Below are positions 30,188 to 39,160 of a DNA stretch of 64,000 nt, piece after piece. The translations under genes and the position numbers were made by a program. Below the pieces are notes generated by a model. That model saw nothing but the letters and a program-made list of their open reading frames with translations, was not told the origin of the DNA and did not search any database. The DNA is from Polyangiaceae bacterium (GTDB lineage Bacteria > Myxococcota_A > Polyangia > Polyangiales > Polyangiaceae). Within the stretch, counting starts at the first letter, position 1, and every line of letters starts with the position of its first letter. The DNA lies in NCBI GenBank assembly GCA_050287085.1, contig JBNKBE010000014.1:64001-128000 (forward strand). Reading direction: 5' to 3'.

Positions 30188-30898
30188 ATGACATTGCCAC
30201 ACAAAGCCGCAACAGGCCGTGCAAGCCGTCACGCCGCGGGCCTCCGCCGGGCTCGCATCGCAGTTGCGTATTCAAGCCTGCACTCGTCAATCCGCGCACG
30301 AAACGCTGTGCTTTGCGCGGCTGCGATGGCCGCTAGCGCGTGCGCCGGAGAGCTGGTGGAGCAGGACACGGAGTCCGGGACGGGCTCAGCCTACGCGAAC
30401 ATCAACTACTGGCAAGACGCGCGCAAACCCAATGCTCTGGGGGCGCCCGCCCACCCAGAGGCGACCCGCCTAGACGGCAGCCGCTTTGAGGGAGCTCCGG
30501 TCGGTGCGGCTGGAGCTAACGGCACGGGTACACCTGCCGCAGGCCAGTGCGGCGACATTCCCGCGGAATGTCAGGGAGAAGCCCCCCTGGCCCTACTGGC
30601 TTCCGCCGCCTGCGGGGGGGCTGCCTGTCATGGTAGCCCAGGAACCATGGGCGCTTTCGTCGATCTCGGCTACGACCAGGTCGATCTCGTTCAGCGACTC
30701 GCCATGACCATGGGAACAGGTATGTGTGCCACCTTCCCGTTGGTGGACGCCAGCAACCCAGCCGACAGTCTCCTGCTACAAAAGATCGACGGGCGCGTTC
30801 CGTGCGGCTCCGCCATGCCCATAGGGCGAACCCTGTCGGACGCGCAAATCAGTTGCCTCAAAGCTTGGGTCCTCCAAGAGGTCGGAGCTTGCCTGTGA
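30188..30898 (+). CDS. Lipoprotein with putative atypical c-type cytochrome domain (CX4CH)
   Basis: Lipobox-like ASAC; CGGAACHG; SLLLQKI...CGSAMP...LSDAQISCLKAWV resembles a cytochrome c C-terminal helix. Start uncertain. Confidence 0.6.
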   Translation: MTLPHKAATGRASRHAAGLRRARIAVAYSSLHSSIRARNAVLCAAAMAASACAGELVEQDTESGTGSAYANINYWQDARKPNALGAPAHPEATRLDGSRFEGAPVGAAGANGTGTPAAGQCGDIPAECQGEAPLALLASAACGGAACHGSPGTMGAFVDLGYDQVDLVQRLAMTMGTGMCATFPLVDASNPADSLLLQKIDGRVPCGSAMPIGRTLSDAQISCLKAWVLQEVGACL

Positions 30899-32280
30899 CG
30901 CCTCGTATCGTTTTCCCTGCTGTCCTGCTGACCGCCATGGCGTCATGGCTCGTGCCGGGGATGGCTTACTCACAGCCAACCGCCACCGACGCCGTCATCG
31001 AGGAAACCGAGGACGCGCCGCCCGCCGGGGCCAATGCGTTGCTGCTACTGCCTCTCAAGGGCCCGCGAGGCCAGACGATCGGTGGCGAGGTGCGCAAAGC
31101 GCTAGCCAAGGCCGACGTCCTACTCGCGCCTCCGAAGTTCGAAGGCAAGTCCGAGTTCGGCGACGCCCCGGAGGCCTACGTCGAGTTCGCCCGGCAAACG
31201 GGCCTGCGAGGTTATGTTCAGGGTCAGGTCGTTCTTAAGAAGTATAAGTGGATTCTACAGCTTCAGGTTCGCTCCGCACACGATGGCGTGGTTGTGAGCG
31301 AAACCACTCTCGAGAGCAAGTCCCTCCCGGGCATCTTACGAGAAATCCGGAAACAAGGAGCGGAGCAGCTTGCACCCCTGATCGCAAAGACTCAGGTCGT
31401 GCCCAAGGCGGAAGCGGTTCCGGTGATGGACAATACGCCACCGCCCGCACCCGAGGCGGTGCATACATCGGCGCCCTCGCCGCTCGAAGCTCGAGCAGGC
31501 GCGGCCTTCGTCGTCCGGAACTTCAGCTACAGCGACCCGGTGGCAGACTCCTATGAGTACGCCCTGGTACCACACTCCAACGTCGGGCTCCCCATGCCGG
31601 TCCTGCAAGTCCGCTGGTTTCCGGGCGCCCACTTCACGGATGACCTATGGGCCCATATTGGCCTGGACTTGGCGTTTCGCCGTAGTCTTTTCGGCAACAC
31701 ACTGATCCTTGGTGACTCCTTCGCCACCACATTTCAGGAAATTCTCTATGGCCTACGTGGCCGCGTCCCCCTCGGTGAGCACGAGCTTGGTGTGGGACTG
31801 GGTCTGGGAACTCAGTCGCTGACGGTTGAAGGGGACAATGGACGCCCGCCCGACATGGCAGCTGCTCAAGAAAGCGACCCCGGCATTCTTCCCGACGTCA
31901 CCTACTACGTGCTCCGCGTGGGGCTAGACGCGCGCATCGTGGTCGAAGATTGGTTGTATCTCTACCCGTCGCTCTACGTGCGCACGGCCAGCCTTTCCAA
32001 CGACCCCGGCCAGATCGCAGAGGGGCGTTGGTTTCCCCACGCCAGCGCGGACGGCTTTGAGCTCAGCGCAGCTGCCGGCATGAACGTCACCGAAGAACTG
32101 GAGCTGATTGCCGGACTCGAATGGCGGCAATACGGATTCGACATGAACGTCCGACAGGACGAAGTGTTCACCAATAGCAGCGGGCAGCAGCTGAACCAGG
32201 CCGTAGCTGGCGGCGCCACAGATCGCTACATCGGAGGCTTCGCGACGCTCCGATACGTGCTGCCCTCTCAGCTCAAGTAG
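30895..32280 (+). CDS. Secreted protein with probable C-terminal outer-membrane beta-barrel
   Basis: GTGA overlap with the upstream stop; signal peptide; C-terminal half has alternating aromatic/Gly beta-strands, ending ...GGFATLRYVLP. Confidence 0.65.
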   Translation: MTPRIVFPAVLLTAMASWLVPGMAYSQPTATDAVIEETEDAPPAGANALLLLPLKGPRGQTIGGEVRKALAKADVLLAPPKFEGKSEFGDAPEAYVEFARQTGLRGYVQGQVVLKKYKWILQLQVRSAHDGVVVSETTLESKSLPGILREIRKQGAEQLAPLIAKTQVVPKAEAVPVMDNTPPPAPEAVHTSAPSPLEARAGAAFVVRNFSYSDPVADSYEYALVPHSNVGLPMPVLQVRWFPGAHFTDDLWAHIGLDLAFRRSLFGNTLILGDSFATTFQEILYGLRGRVPLGEHELGVGLGLGTQSLTVEGDNGRPPDMAAAQESDPGILPDVTYYVLRVGLDARIVVEDWLYLYPSLYVRTASLSNDPGQIAEGRWFPHASADGFELSAAAGMNVTEELELIAGLEWRQYGFDMNVRQDEVFTNSSGQQLNQAVAGGATDRYIGGFATLRYVLPSQLK

Positions 32281-32300
32281 TCGTTAGTTCTCGTTCGACC

Positions 32301-32339
32301 CTGGCTTGAGAGATTCGAGAGTATCCTCTCTCAAGCCAG
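32301..32339. terminator. Perfect 13-bp inverted repeat between convergent genes (likely bidirectional terminator)
   Basis: CTGGCTTGAGAGA (32301-32313) / TCTCTCAAGCCAG (32327-32339), 13-nt loop; no clear U-tract. Confidence 0.6.
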
Positions 32340-32346
32340 CAGGCCC

Positions 32347-33195
32347 TTAGGACGAGAGGGCGGCGCTGAGCTTGGCTTCGACGCCGGCAAGAGTCTCCCG
32401 GATCTGGTGCAAGGTTTGAAGCACCCGCCGCGCCTCGCCTTCGTTCACCGCTCGCAGCTGGCGATCAGAAGAGACATCGCAGGCGAGCAGTGCCAAGCCA
32501 TCCATGCGCTCCACGATCCGATTCGGGGGCAATGCGCCGTCTTCATGAGCGGCAAGACGCAGCTCAGCCACCACCTTCTGGAGCTTGCGTCGCGTCCAAC
32601 GCTCAGCTTCAGTGCTCCGCAGCAAGCGGAATTGATCAGCGGAAGGCAAACCCAGGACCACGCTGACATGCCCCACTCCGACGTGCACGTAGTCACACAA
32701 CTCGGGGAAGCGCAGCGCCAACTCATAGATGGCCACCGCGCGCCAAAGCGAGGATGAGCTCATCGCAAGCTCCGGATGGCTGGCTAGCTTTCGGAATGAA
32801 CTACATTTCTTACCGCGTGCTTTGAGCAAGCGGACATCGCTGCGGAACAAGTAGCGAAATATGATCTCCCCGGCCTCTAGAGCGGCCTGCAGCGAGTTGC
32901 CAGCAACATGAGTTAGGGCCATCGCAGCGAGGCCCAGTTCATGCGCATCAGGTTCGATCTGTGCCGGAGAAGGCTGGGCATATCGCGGCGGAGCGCCGGG
33001 TCCCCATGGAGGCGTGACCAGGTAGGGCTGTGAGGGATGGGCTCCGTACACGCCCCCCGGGTAGTGGGCAGGCCAAGGCCCGGCAGAAGCGGGTTGGTAA
33101 GCTGGGTAATCCGTACGAGAGCTCGGCCGCGTCACCTCCTGGTTCGCCACCGGCGGCCCGTAGTACCCGTTGTAGTGGCTGGTTGAATGGTCCAT
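32347..33195 (-). CDS. Hypothetical protein: Tyr/Pro/Gly-rich N-terminus and a helical, possibly DNA-binding domain (DUF1016 N-terminal-like)
   Basis: SFRKLASHPELAMSSSSLWRAV...GHVSVVL...EAERWTRRKLQ pattern. Start ATG 33195, preceded by GGAG. Confidence 0.55.
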   Translation of the reverse strand: MDHSTSHYNGYYGPPVANQEVTRPSSRTDYPAYQPASAGPWPAHYPGGVYGAHPSQPYLVTPPWGPGAPPRYAQPSPAQIEPDAHELGLAAMALTHVAGNSLQAALEAGEIIFRYLFRSDVRLLKARGKKCSSFRKLASHPELAMSSSSLWRAVAIYELALRFPELCDYVHVGVGHVSVVLGLPSADQFRLLRSTEAERWTRRKLQKVVAELRLAAHEDGALPPNRIVERMDGLALLACDVSSDRQLRAVNEGEARRVLQTLHQIRETLAGVEAKLSAALSS

Positions 33196-33274
33196 GGTCG
33201 TTGCTCCCCGGTATCTTGCGTTGATTACGTGACCCAAAACTGCTGAAGACAATCCAGCTGGCCTGAACCTGAAC

Positions 33275-33290
33275 TGCAAAGGGCATGCCA
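33275..33290 (-). promoter_or_regulatory. Sigma-54 (-24/-12) promoter for the 33195 gene
   Basis: Minus strand reads TGGCATG-CCCT-TTGCA, matching TGGCACG-N4-TTGCW with one mismatch, about 80 bp upstream of the ATG. Confidence 0.65.
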
Positions 33291-33523
33291 CCTCCGGATG
33301 AGCCTGTTCGCCAGCTTAACCACTCGCAACAAACAATCCGACTGACGCCGTGGTGCCACAGTGTGCCAGTGTCGGTCGAGGATGACCGACTCCGCCCGCG
33401 CACCGTTCGTTGCCGGAAGGGCTGTCCCCAATCCTGAAATGCGCTCCCCCCACAGCTCTGTGCCAACTATGTGAAATCGCGTGGGCGGCGCGGCGGCACG
33501 GAAATCGCTTCGTAGCCAACTCG

Positions 33524-33985
33524 ATGACCAAGGAGCAAGCGGAAGACCTCATCGCCTCGATTCAAAGCACCGGCTCAAGTCGTGTCATCATCGTCAGAAG
33601 CCGACAGGCGCTGAAGCGCTTCGTGACGACGGCGCTCGAGGCGATGGAGGAGGGACGCGTGGGAACCTCGGCGCAAGGTCCGATTGATTGGCAGCAACTC
33701 GAAATGAACGCGCGGCAAGTGGACTGCGGCAAAGTGGGTGAAGCCCTGCGAGCATTGGAGCTCATGAGCGCCCTTTCCCCCCAAGCTGGCGCCCCGGATA
33801 GCGCCGCACCGCAGGAAATTAAGAGCGCAGTACGCGCACTCACGGGACTACTCCTTCGCGTCTACATCGAAGGACACGATCGCAACGGCGGCGGAGAACT
33901 CCAGGGGATACGGGATGCGCTCGAACGTTTGGCACCGGGTGCCAGCCTCGCGCTACTCGCTCCATCCGACGCCCCGCTGAACTAG
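33524..33985 (+). CDS. Hypothetical helical protein
   Basis: ORF fills the intergenic gap; ATG 33524 chosen (ORF opens at 33410). Confidence 0.6.
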   Translation: MTKEQAEDLIASIQSTGSSRVIIVRSRQALKRFVTTALEAMEEGRVGTSAQGPIDWQQLEMNARQVDCGKVGEALRALELMSALSPQAGAPDSAAPQEIKSAVRALTGLLLRVYIEGHDRNGGGELQGIRDALERLAPGASLALLAPSDAPLN

Positions 33986-34063
33986 GCACTGCGGCTCCAG
34001 GGACAGCCCAAGGCCCGCGGGGACCTCGTAGGAGGTGGCTCCCAGTGGCGGAGGGCGTGGGGG

Positions 34064-35548
34064 TTAGGCGTCCTCCGAAACGGCCTCCCGCGCGGCCTCA
34101 ACCCGGTTTCGCCCTCCGTGTTTGGCCGCGTACAGCGCGGCGTCGGCCCGTTGAAGCAACGCGCTCGCGCTCTCGCCAGCATGTGGTTCTCGCGTGGCCA
34201 CCCCAAAACTGGCCGTCACTTGCAGACGATTGCCCTCGTGCACGATGAAGCCGCGTTCGATCGAGCTTCTCATTCGCTCAGCTACCTGCAGCGCCCCCTC
34301 TTGGCCGGTATTCGGGAGAAGCACAGCGAACTCTTCTCCGCCGAAGCGTGCCACGAGATCACTGCGACGGGCGGAGCTGACCAGAACATCAGCGACCCGT
34401 TGCAGCACCCGATCTCCGAGATCGTGCCCGTAGCTGTCGTTGAAGCGCTTGAAATGATCGACGTCCAGCAGCACAAAGGTAAACGGCTGCTTATCTCGCT
34501 GACACTTCGCAATGTCCCGCTGCAGCACCATTTCCAACAGGCGACGGTTCGCAAGACGCGTCAGCGGATCGGTGGTCGCCAAGTGCTCAAGCTCTCGATT
34601 GAGCTGCCCAAGTCGCTCTGCCAGAGCGTCTTTTTCCGCGATGACTCGGCGCAAGGCCATCACCGTATGCGCGTACTGTTCGTTGAGCTCCACCAAACGC
34701 TCGTTGGCCTGCTGCCGCAGCTCAGCCAAACTGAGTTGCGGTCCCAAGTCGCGCTCGAAGACGGACGCGAGCTTGCGCGTTTCTTCGGGCAGAAGCTCGG
34801 CGATGTGCTTGACGAATTCCGCTTCGACCCCGAGAGCGCCGGCCAAGTCGCATAGCTCGGTCTCGCCCGAGGCCAGTCCACCTACTTCAAACATCGCCGC
34901 GATTTTCTCCGCCCCCCAAGCGACCTTCGCATGCGGGCCCGCGGGGGGCGGCGTGGTGTCGTGATGCCGCCCAATCGCCTCAACGAACGTGCGCGGCAGA
35001 TGGTACGCACGCGCCAAAGCCGCCCCCAACTCCGGATGCGGGCGGCGCCCCATCGCGCGCTCATGCACGACCCGGTGGGCACTCGGCGAGGAAACGAATG
35101 ACAACGAATTACTCTCCTTATCGCCCACCGCCAACCCGACTTCAAGCAGCAGCCCGATGGTGAAGCACTCGCTATCTTCTCCGGGCGCGAGCCGCTCCGC
35201 CAACATGCGGGCGGCCGCCGCGCGACGCAGACTCTGAGCCAGGAATGCCGCCCCTGCCTCGCCACTCGGAGTTAGGTCGCTGACAACGAAGCTCAGGGCA
35301 ACATTGGCCAGACCGCGAACGCCCAACATGTTGGCGGCACGGTCCAGATCAGAGACCTCGACGGTGGCCGCCGAGCCGCCGCTGTTGACCAAGCGGAGCA
35401 CCCTGGCCGCAAAGGCGGCATCGGCACGAACCAGATCCACCAGTTCCGCAGGCGACGCGTCGCGCCTGCCTCCGGCCTGCAGAATCGCCGTCGCGGCGGG
35501 TGAGGAGGGTTCTAAATTCGCAAGCTCAGGGGGGGCTAGGTGAGACAC
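34064..35548 (-). CDS. HDOD-coiled-coil-GGDEF diguanylate cyclase
   Basis: HDOD-like DAAFAARVLRLVNS; TDPLTRLANRR, DVDHFKRFNDSYGH, RxxD I-site (RRSD), ARFGGEEF, ADAALYAAKHGGRNRV. Start approximate. Confidence 0.93.
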   Translation of the reverse strand: MSHLAPPELANLEPSSPAATAILQAGGRRDASPAELVDLVRADAAFAARVLRLVNSGGSAATVEVSDLDRAANMLGVRGLANVALSFVVSDLTPSGEAGAAFLAQSLRRAAAARMLAERLAPGEDSECFTIGLLLEVGLAVGDKESNSLSFVSSPSAHRVVHERAMGRRPHPELGAALARAYHLPRTFVEAIGRHHDTTPPPAGPHAKVAWGAEKIAAMFEVGGLASGETELCDLAGALGVEAEFVKHIAELLPEETRKLASVFERDLGPQLSLAELRQQANERLVELNEQYAHTVMALRRVIAEKDALAERLGQLNRELEHLATTDPLTRLANRRLLEMVLQRDIAKCQRDKQPFTFVLLDVDHFKRFNDSYGHDLGDRVLQRVADVLVSSARRSDLVARFGGEEFAVLLPNTGQEGALQVAERMRSSIERGFIVHEGNRLQVTASFGVATREPHAGESASALLQRADAALYAAKHGGRNRVEAAREAVSEDA

Positions 35549-35655
35549 TCTCCAGCAAATAACGCCCCAATTGGCACAATATTGATGCGCAGACCCCAAC
35601 GAAGCCCACATTTTTGGTCCGCGTTCGGGATCGATTGGCTATATCGTTTCAGCTC

Positions 35656-36336
35656 ATGGGGTATTGTCCACAATGTGGGGCTGAAAACCCGGTCTCGCAC
35701 CGGGCGTGTACGTCGTGTGGCACGCTGCTACAGACGGGGCTCACTCCGGGGGCCTTCGCCACCGACGCGCCACAGCGGCTGGATAGTCCGTTTGTTGGGC
35801 AGGCGCCCCCCGCTGTCGAGCTATTGGGGACTTCACCGACCCCCCACTCCGGATTTGCGCCGCCTGGAACAAGCGCCATGCAGTCCGCCCCCGCGGAAAG
35901 AGTGGAAGACTCGGGCGAGGCGCGCCCGAGACGCGTGACCGATCCGACCCTCGGCGAAGGGGGTGTGGCGGCCACGATTGCGTCCGCACAGCCCCACTCG
36001 AGCGGCGGACGCCTCATCGGATTCCTCGTGTCTTATGATGTGACGCCGCAGGGCGGTTTCCATTGCCTCTACTCCGGCACGCTACGCGTGGGTCGCAAAG
36101 ACGCAGCCCCGATGCTCGACGTGGCTATCGAACACCCAACCGTGTCATCGAATCACGCGCTATTCTACTTCGACTCCTCGCGCCACATAGCTCAAGTCGA
36201 AGACACGGGCTCGGCCAACGGGACCCTGCTCAACGATGCCCCTATTGCTGGCACGGGTCGACGCGAACTCAGGGACGGCGATCGCATTCGCTTCGGCGCG
36301 TACAAGGCGATTGTGAAACTGGTTGAGCGTCCCTAG
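35656..36336 (+). CDS. Zinc-ribbon + FHA domain protein
   Basis: CPQCG...CTSCG at the N-terminus; FHA motifs VGRKD, VSSNHA, DTGSANGT, LRDGDRIRFG. Confidence 0.9.
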   Translation: MGYCPQCGAENPVSHRACTSCGTLLQTGLTPGAFATDAPQRLDSPFVGQAPPAVELLGTSPTPHSGFAPPGTSAMQSAPAERVEDSGEARPRRVTDPTLGEGGVAATIASAQPHSSGGRLIGFLVSYDVTPQGGFHCLYSGTLRVGRKDAAPMLDVAIEHPTVSSNHALFYFDSSRHIAQVEDTGSANGTLLNDAPIAGTGRRELRDGDRIRFGAYKAIVKLVERP

Positions 36337-37021
36337 CCGGCGCCCGAGCACGCCGCAGGCACCCTCGCACCTCGCCACTCCGTTCACCGCCGCCGCCTTC
36401 ACTACTGCAAAAAGGGACACTCACTTGCCCAAGGCTCCCAAGAACTCCTGGACTCAACTCTATGAGCGCTTCGGCGAAGCCGAGAAGCACCGGGAAGAAC
36501 TGTTGCGACGACGCGACGAAGAACGCGAAGCACTGCGCGAGTTCGAAGAGTGGTGTCAGCGGGCCGTCAAGGCCTTGTTTGAGGACCTATTCCAGGCCGC
36601 TGAGAGGCACTCTGATGAGCTCCAGAAGCGCACGGGACAGCGTCTCCAGGTGGAGTATCCAGCAGGCTCACCGGTGGTCGCTTCGCGCACGGGTCCCGAG
36701 ATCCGCTTTCTCCGTCTTGGCCTGTCCGAGGCTCAGCTCCACATCTACTCGAGCCACGCGCGCGGAGGCTTGACCCATATCCATCTGCTCCCGAGCCGCA
36801 CCGTAAGCCTCAAGGAGAACCACCGATTGGTGAGCGCTCCCGGAGCTTTTCTCGTACGTGTGGGTCACGATGGCTATGAGCTCCGGCACCTTCGCGGTGA
36901 TCCAGAGGGCGAGGCTGGCGCGCCGATGACGCTAGACACGCTCGTATTTCGCGCGTTCGACCTGCTCTTAAGCGCCTGGATCGAGGCGGAAACGGAGTGG
37001 GATGGCCTCGCGGCTCCCTAG
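36323..37021 (+). CDS. Hypothetical protein
   Basis: 232-aa ORF overlapping the FHA gene stop; N-terminal coiled coil. Confidence 0.65.
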   Translation: MSVPSRRPSTPQAPSHLATPFTAAAFTTAKRDTHLPKAPKNSWTQLYERFGEAEKHREELLRRRDEEREALREFEEWCQRAVKALFEDLFQAAERHSDELQKRTGQRLQVEYPAGSPVVASRTGPEIRFLRLGLSEAQLHIYSSHARGGLTHIHLLPSRTVSLKENHRLVSAPGAFLVRVGHDGYELRHLRGDPEGEAGAPMTLDTLVFRAFDLLLSAWIEAETEWDGLAAP

Positions 37022-37848
37022 TCTGCGCTGGGGCGCTCGAGACTGATACGGCCAAGCCGCCCCGCTCGCAGCTCATTGATCAGCAGCTCGGCGGCCTTGA
37101 CCAGGTCGGGTCCGACCCCTCGCGTGATACAGCCGCGCCGTTCAGCGATATCGGCGAGAACGCTGTCCGGATTCGACTCCGAAAGCTCGATACCGTAACG
37201 CGACGACAGCGCCGCTGGGTATTGGTGGCGTAGGAGCTCCACTACAAAGCGCCCCAACTCGACCGAGTCGAGAACGGCGTCGCGAATCGCGCCCGACGCG
37301 GCGAGACGAAACGCAGCCCCTTCATCATCGAATTTCGGCCATAAGACGCCAGGCGTATCCACCAACGCGAGCCCTTCCACCAGTTCCGTGCGTTGTTCAT
37401 TGCGGGTCACAGCAGGTTGGTCGCGCACGAGTGCTTGGCGACGTCCAAGCAGCAAGTTGAACAATGTCGACTTGCCGACGTTGGGAATGCCGGCAATCAT
37501 CACCCGCACCGGAAACCCCGGTTTTCCACGCGCAGGGACCAGTCGTTTGCAGGCGGCAATCAGGCCGCGTCGACTCTTCGGCTCCGTCGCCGTAAGCGCC
37601 AGCACCGTATGGTTGTCACCGGATAGCTCGGCATTCCAGGCCGCCGTCACCACGGGATCGGCCAGATCCGGTTTCGTTAGAACGCGGAGACAAGGCTTAC
37701 CGCGGCAGATCTCCGCCAACATCGGATTCTGACTCGACCAGGGCAGTCGCGCATCCAAGACTTCAAGCACCATGTCGCTCTTGCGGACGCGCTCTTTGAG
37801 CTGCCGCCGAGCTTTGTTCATATGCCCGGGAAACCAATTGATCGGCAC
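37018..37848 (-). CDS. rbgA: Ribosome biogenesis GTPase RbgA/YlqF
   Basis: INWFPGHM, EVLDARLP, TKPDL (G4), GIPNVGKST (G1), DTPGVLWPK (G3): circularly permuted GTPase. Confidence 0.95.
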   Translation of the reverse strand: MPINWFPGHMNKARRQLKERVRKSDMVLEVLDARLPWSSQNPMLAEICRGKPCLRVLTKPDLADPVVTAAWNAELSGDNHTVLALTATEPKSRRGLIAACKRLVPARGKPGFPVRVMIAGIPNVGKSTLFNLLLGRRQALVRDQPAVTRNEQRTELVEGLALVDTPGVLWPKFDDEGAAFRLAASGAIRDAVLDSVELGRFVVELLRHQYPAALSSRYGIELSESNPDSVLADIAERRGCITRGVGPDLVKAAELLINELRAGRLGRISLERPSAD

Positions 37849-37954
37849 TGGTAGGGTGTCGCCCAATTCGCCGCCGAACGCAACGCAGGTAGCAAATACT
37901 CCTGCGCCGCTCCCAATTCTGAGGGCACTCGCCCAGCGAACGGCCGTGTCGTTC

Positions 37955-38530
37955 TCAGTGTACGGCCGGTCGCAGCGGCAAAGTCGCAACGATTCTGGCT
38001 TCGGCAGAAAGCAGTTCTTCGGCGCGAGATTTCACCTCTTCAGCCGCGAAATAACGTCGCGCTAGGCGAAAAAACAAGGCGTGGTGCCGCGCCTCGGCAC
38101 GCGTTACTTCCAGGTAGGTTTCCTTGAGCGACCCTTCAGGCAAAGCCTCGGTGACCATGCTGAGTCGTTCACAACCACGCGCCTCAACGATGCCAGGAAT
38201 GATCAGTCGGTCCAGGAACGCCTGCTCGCGATCCCCCGCCCTAACCATGCGTCGAAGCTCATTGACGTAGCTGTCCTTCTCATCGCTGGGAAGCACCAAT
38301 CTCCGCTCAGCCACAAGGCGGTACATGATGTGGAAGTGCTCGAGTTCCTCTCGCGCAAACGCGATCAGATCGTCCAGGATTTCTCCGCGGTCCGGGTACT
38401 TAGCAACAAGGCTCATCCCCATCGCGGAAGCCTTTCGCTCGCAGAGCGTGTGATCGAGCATGAAGGCGTCAAAGTCGCCAAGAACGACCTCAAGCCAAGC
38501 CTTGGGCGTATCCGAATGCAGATCAAACAC
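37955..38530 (-). CDS. miaE: tRNA-(ms2io6A37)-hydroxylase (di-iron carboxylate)
   Basis: DHTLCERKAS, AREELEHF, DRL...IVEARGCER, EARHH motifs. Start GTG 38530. Confidence 0.9.
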   Translation of the reverse strand: MFDLHSDTPKAWLEVVLGDFDAFMLDHTLCERKASAMGMSLVAKYPDRGEILDDLIAFAREELEHFHIMYRLVAERRLVLPSDEKDSYVNELRRMVRAGDREQAFLDRLIIPGIVEARGCERLSMVTEALPEGSLKETYLEVTRAEARHHALFFRLARRYFAAEEVKSRAEELLSAEARIVATLPLRPAVH

Positions 38531-38534
38531 TAGC

Positions 38535-38957
38535 TCAAGCCCCTTCCCCGAGCACCGTGACGAGCAAGGTGCGGGCGTGCGCCCGGGAGCGATGCTCCCA
38601 TAGATACAACCCTTGCCAAGTACCCAACTGCAAGCGCCCCTCAACGACCGGAATCGTCTCACTGGTCTTGGTGAGCGCGGAGCGAACATGTGCGGGCATA
38701 TCATCCGGGCCCTCATCATCGTGGGACCATCGCCGCGACTCCGGCACCAGGTCTGAGAAGAAGGCCTCCAAGTCATCGAGAACCCGAGGGTCCGCGTTCT
38801 CCTGAATAAGCAGGCTGGCCGAGGTGTGACTGACGAAGACACAACACAGCCCGGAACGCACGGACGACGCCGAAACGATGCCTTGCACCTCCTGCGTCAC
38901 GTTGAGCAGACGTTTTCCTCGAGTGTTGATCTGAATGCTGTGCTGTACAACTGTCAC
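38535..38957 (-). CDS. yjbQ: YjbQ / UPF0047 family protein
   Basis: HTSASLLIQENADPRV, HDDEGPDDMPAH, LGTWQGLYLWEHR. Confidence 0.93.
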   Translation of the reverse strand: MTVVQHSIQINTRGKRLLNVTQEVQGIVSASSVRSGLCCVFVSHTSASLLIQENADPRVLDDLEAFFSDLVPESRRWSHDDEGPDDMPAHVRSALTKTSETIPVVEGRLQLGTWQGLYLWEHRSRAHARTLLVTVLGEGA

Positions 38958-39160
38958 TCACGACTCCCAATGTGGGCCTTGCCAATGCCAAACGACCGCT
39001 TCCGTTCACCGGTTTGCAAGCCGCCTCCGCAGCGCCAGGCGGCGGTCCGGTGGATAGAAAACGTCGGCGTGCGGAGCAGCTCCATTTTTCAACGGCGCTG
39101 CGATGAACCCCGTATCATCCTGTGACGGCTCCGTTTCGGATCCGCTCTTAGGCGATCGAC

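Noticed and set aside
35571..35590. Sigma-54 promoter TGGCACAATATTGA
   Set aside because: GG-to-GC spacing is wrong and the -12 GC is missing.
38535..38842. Extended miaE N-terminus overlapping yjbQ
   Set aside because: MiaE similarity begins at GTG 38530; the upstream part is an alternate frame of yjbQ.
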